This document shows, piece by piece, positions 63,101-64,000 of a stretch of 64,000 nucleotides of DNA. A program made the translations under genes and the position numbers. Positions within the stretch are counted from its first letter, which is position 1, and the number at the start of each line of letters is the position of its first letter. The stretch comes from the human T2T-CHM13v2.0 reference genome, Homo sapiens. The stretch lies in assembly GCF_009914755.1 (NCBI RefSeq), contig NC_060937.1; one strand, 5' to 3'. The notes beneath the pieces were generated by a model. It worked only from the letters and a program-made list of their open reading frames with translations, did not search any database and was not told the DNA's origin.

Positions 63101-64000
63101 TCACAAACTATATATTATATACTGTACATAAAATATCAAAGTACCCAAGGTATATATTCTATACTGTACAAAAAATATCAAAGTACCCAAAACATGTATT
63201 ATATACTGTACATAAAATATGAAAGTACATCAAATATATATTTTATTCTGTACATAAAATATCAAAGTACACCAGATATATATTCTATAATGTACATAAA
63301 ATAACAAAGTACAAAAACTATAAAATATATACTGTACATAAAATATGAAATTACATCAAATATATATTAAGTACATAAAATATGAAAGTACATCAAATAT
63401 AGATTATATACTGTACATAAAATATCAATGTACCCCAAATATATATGTTATACTCTACATGAAATATCAAAGTTCACAAACCATATATTATATACTGTAC
63501 ATAAAATATCAAAGTACCCAAGTTATAAATTCTATACTATACAAAAAATATCAAAGTACCCAAAGCATGTATTATATACTGTACATAAAATATGAAAGTA
63601 CATCAAATATATATTTTATTCTTTACATAAAATATCAAAGTACACCAGATATATATTCTATAGTGTACATAAAATATCAAAGTACCCAAACTATACATTA
63701 TATACTGTACATAAAATATGAGATTACATCAAATATATATTATATTAGGTACATAAAATATGAAAGTACATCAAATATAGATTATATACTGTACATAAAA
63801 TATCAAAGTACCCCAAATATATATTATATACTTTACATGAAATATCAAAGTTCACAAACTATATATTATATACTGTACATAAAATATCAAAGTACCCAAG
63901 GTATATATTCTATACTGTACAAAAAATATCAAAGTACCCATAGCATGTATTATATACTGTACATAAAATATGAAATTACATCAAATATATATTTTATTCT
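57100..64000 (+). repeat. Variant domain D: more heterogeneous HORs with no evident multi-kb period inside the window
   Basis: Many singleton substitutions (e.g. 57474, 57926, 58338, 59321, 59945, 61293, 61521, 62056, 62774) and no long matching ORF pairs. Confidence 0.65.

Larger units (their letters stand above)
1..64000 (+). repeat. Satellite 1A (HSat1A / SAR) tandem array, 42-bp monomer, about 1,500 monomers, head-to-tail in one orientation
   Basis: A 42-bp period is visible throughout. Most monomers have two GTAC (RsaI) sites, giving the alternating 17-bp (ACATAAAATATSAAAGT) and 25-bp (ACMYMAAHTATATATTATATACTGT-like) subunits classically described for human satellite 1. The array is very AT-rich and the + strand is A-rich. 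The family assignment is from recognition of the consensus, not a database search. Chromosome and exact species cannot be determined. Confidence 0.95.

Noticed and set aside
585-63304. More than 100 + strand ORFs encoding YIKYQST-type repeats
   Set aside because: They are translations of the 42-bp satellite. Their starts and stops are set by satellite point variants and indels, with no unique domain or gene context.
1-64000. CRISPR-like alternation of a conserved 17-bp part and a variable 25-bp part
   Set aside because: The variable parts are homologous to each other and cycle with period nine. There are no unique spacers, leader or cas genes.
1-64000. Inversion, transposon insertion or unique-sequence island
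   Set aside because: On reading through, every line conformed to the same-strand monomer. I saw no reverse-orientation monomers or non-satellite sequence, though a very short insert could be missed by eye.
1-64000. Alpha satellite, HSat2/3, HSat1B or telomeric repeat
   Set aside because: There is no 171-bp period or CENP-B box, no CATTC pentamers, no Alu-containing multi-kb unit and no TTAGGG tracts.
1-64000. TATA-box-like motifs and short palindromes (TATATA, TATAAA, TGTACA)
   Set aside because: These are expected in AT-rich tandem DNA, and there is no independent evidence of promoter or hairpin function.
1-64000. Assignment to a specific chromosome
   Set aside because: HSat1A arrays occur on several chromosomes (including 3, 4 and the acrocentrics). 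Placement needs k-mer mapping to a complete assembly, which I cannot run.

Overview
The whole 64-kb window is one uninterrupted, single-orientation, very AT-rich (about 20% GC, estimated from monomers) tandem satellite array. It is built from a 42-bp monomer (consensus close to ACATAAAATATCAAAGTACCCAAACTATATATTATATACTGT) arranged as a 9-monomer, 378-bp higher-order repeat (HOR). This matches human/hominoid classical Satellite 1A (HSat1A/SAR). I found no genes, RNA genes, mobile elements or CRISPR; all listed ORFs are by-products of the repeat. The structure of interest lies above the 378-bp level. Diagnostic variants split the array into domains A (1-~9.93 kb), B (~9.93-37.44 kb), A again (~37.44-43.9 kb), C (~43.9-57.1 kb) and a more diverged D (~57.1-64 kb). 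A and C have multi-kb super-repeat periods (3350 bp and 4468 bp), B is a mosaic that includes a 1716-bp tandem, and domain B appears to interrupt a single A unit. A speculative functional observation is that the + strand carries a Pumilio-response-element octamer (TGTAHATA) at most monomer junctions. All offsets were derived by eye from shared variants and ORF-track coordinates, and boundaries are approximate.
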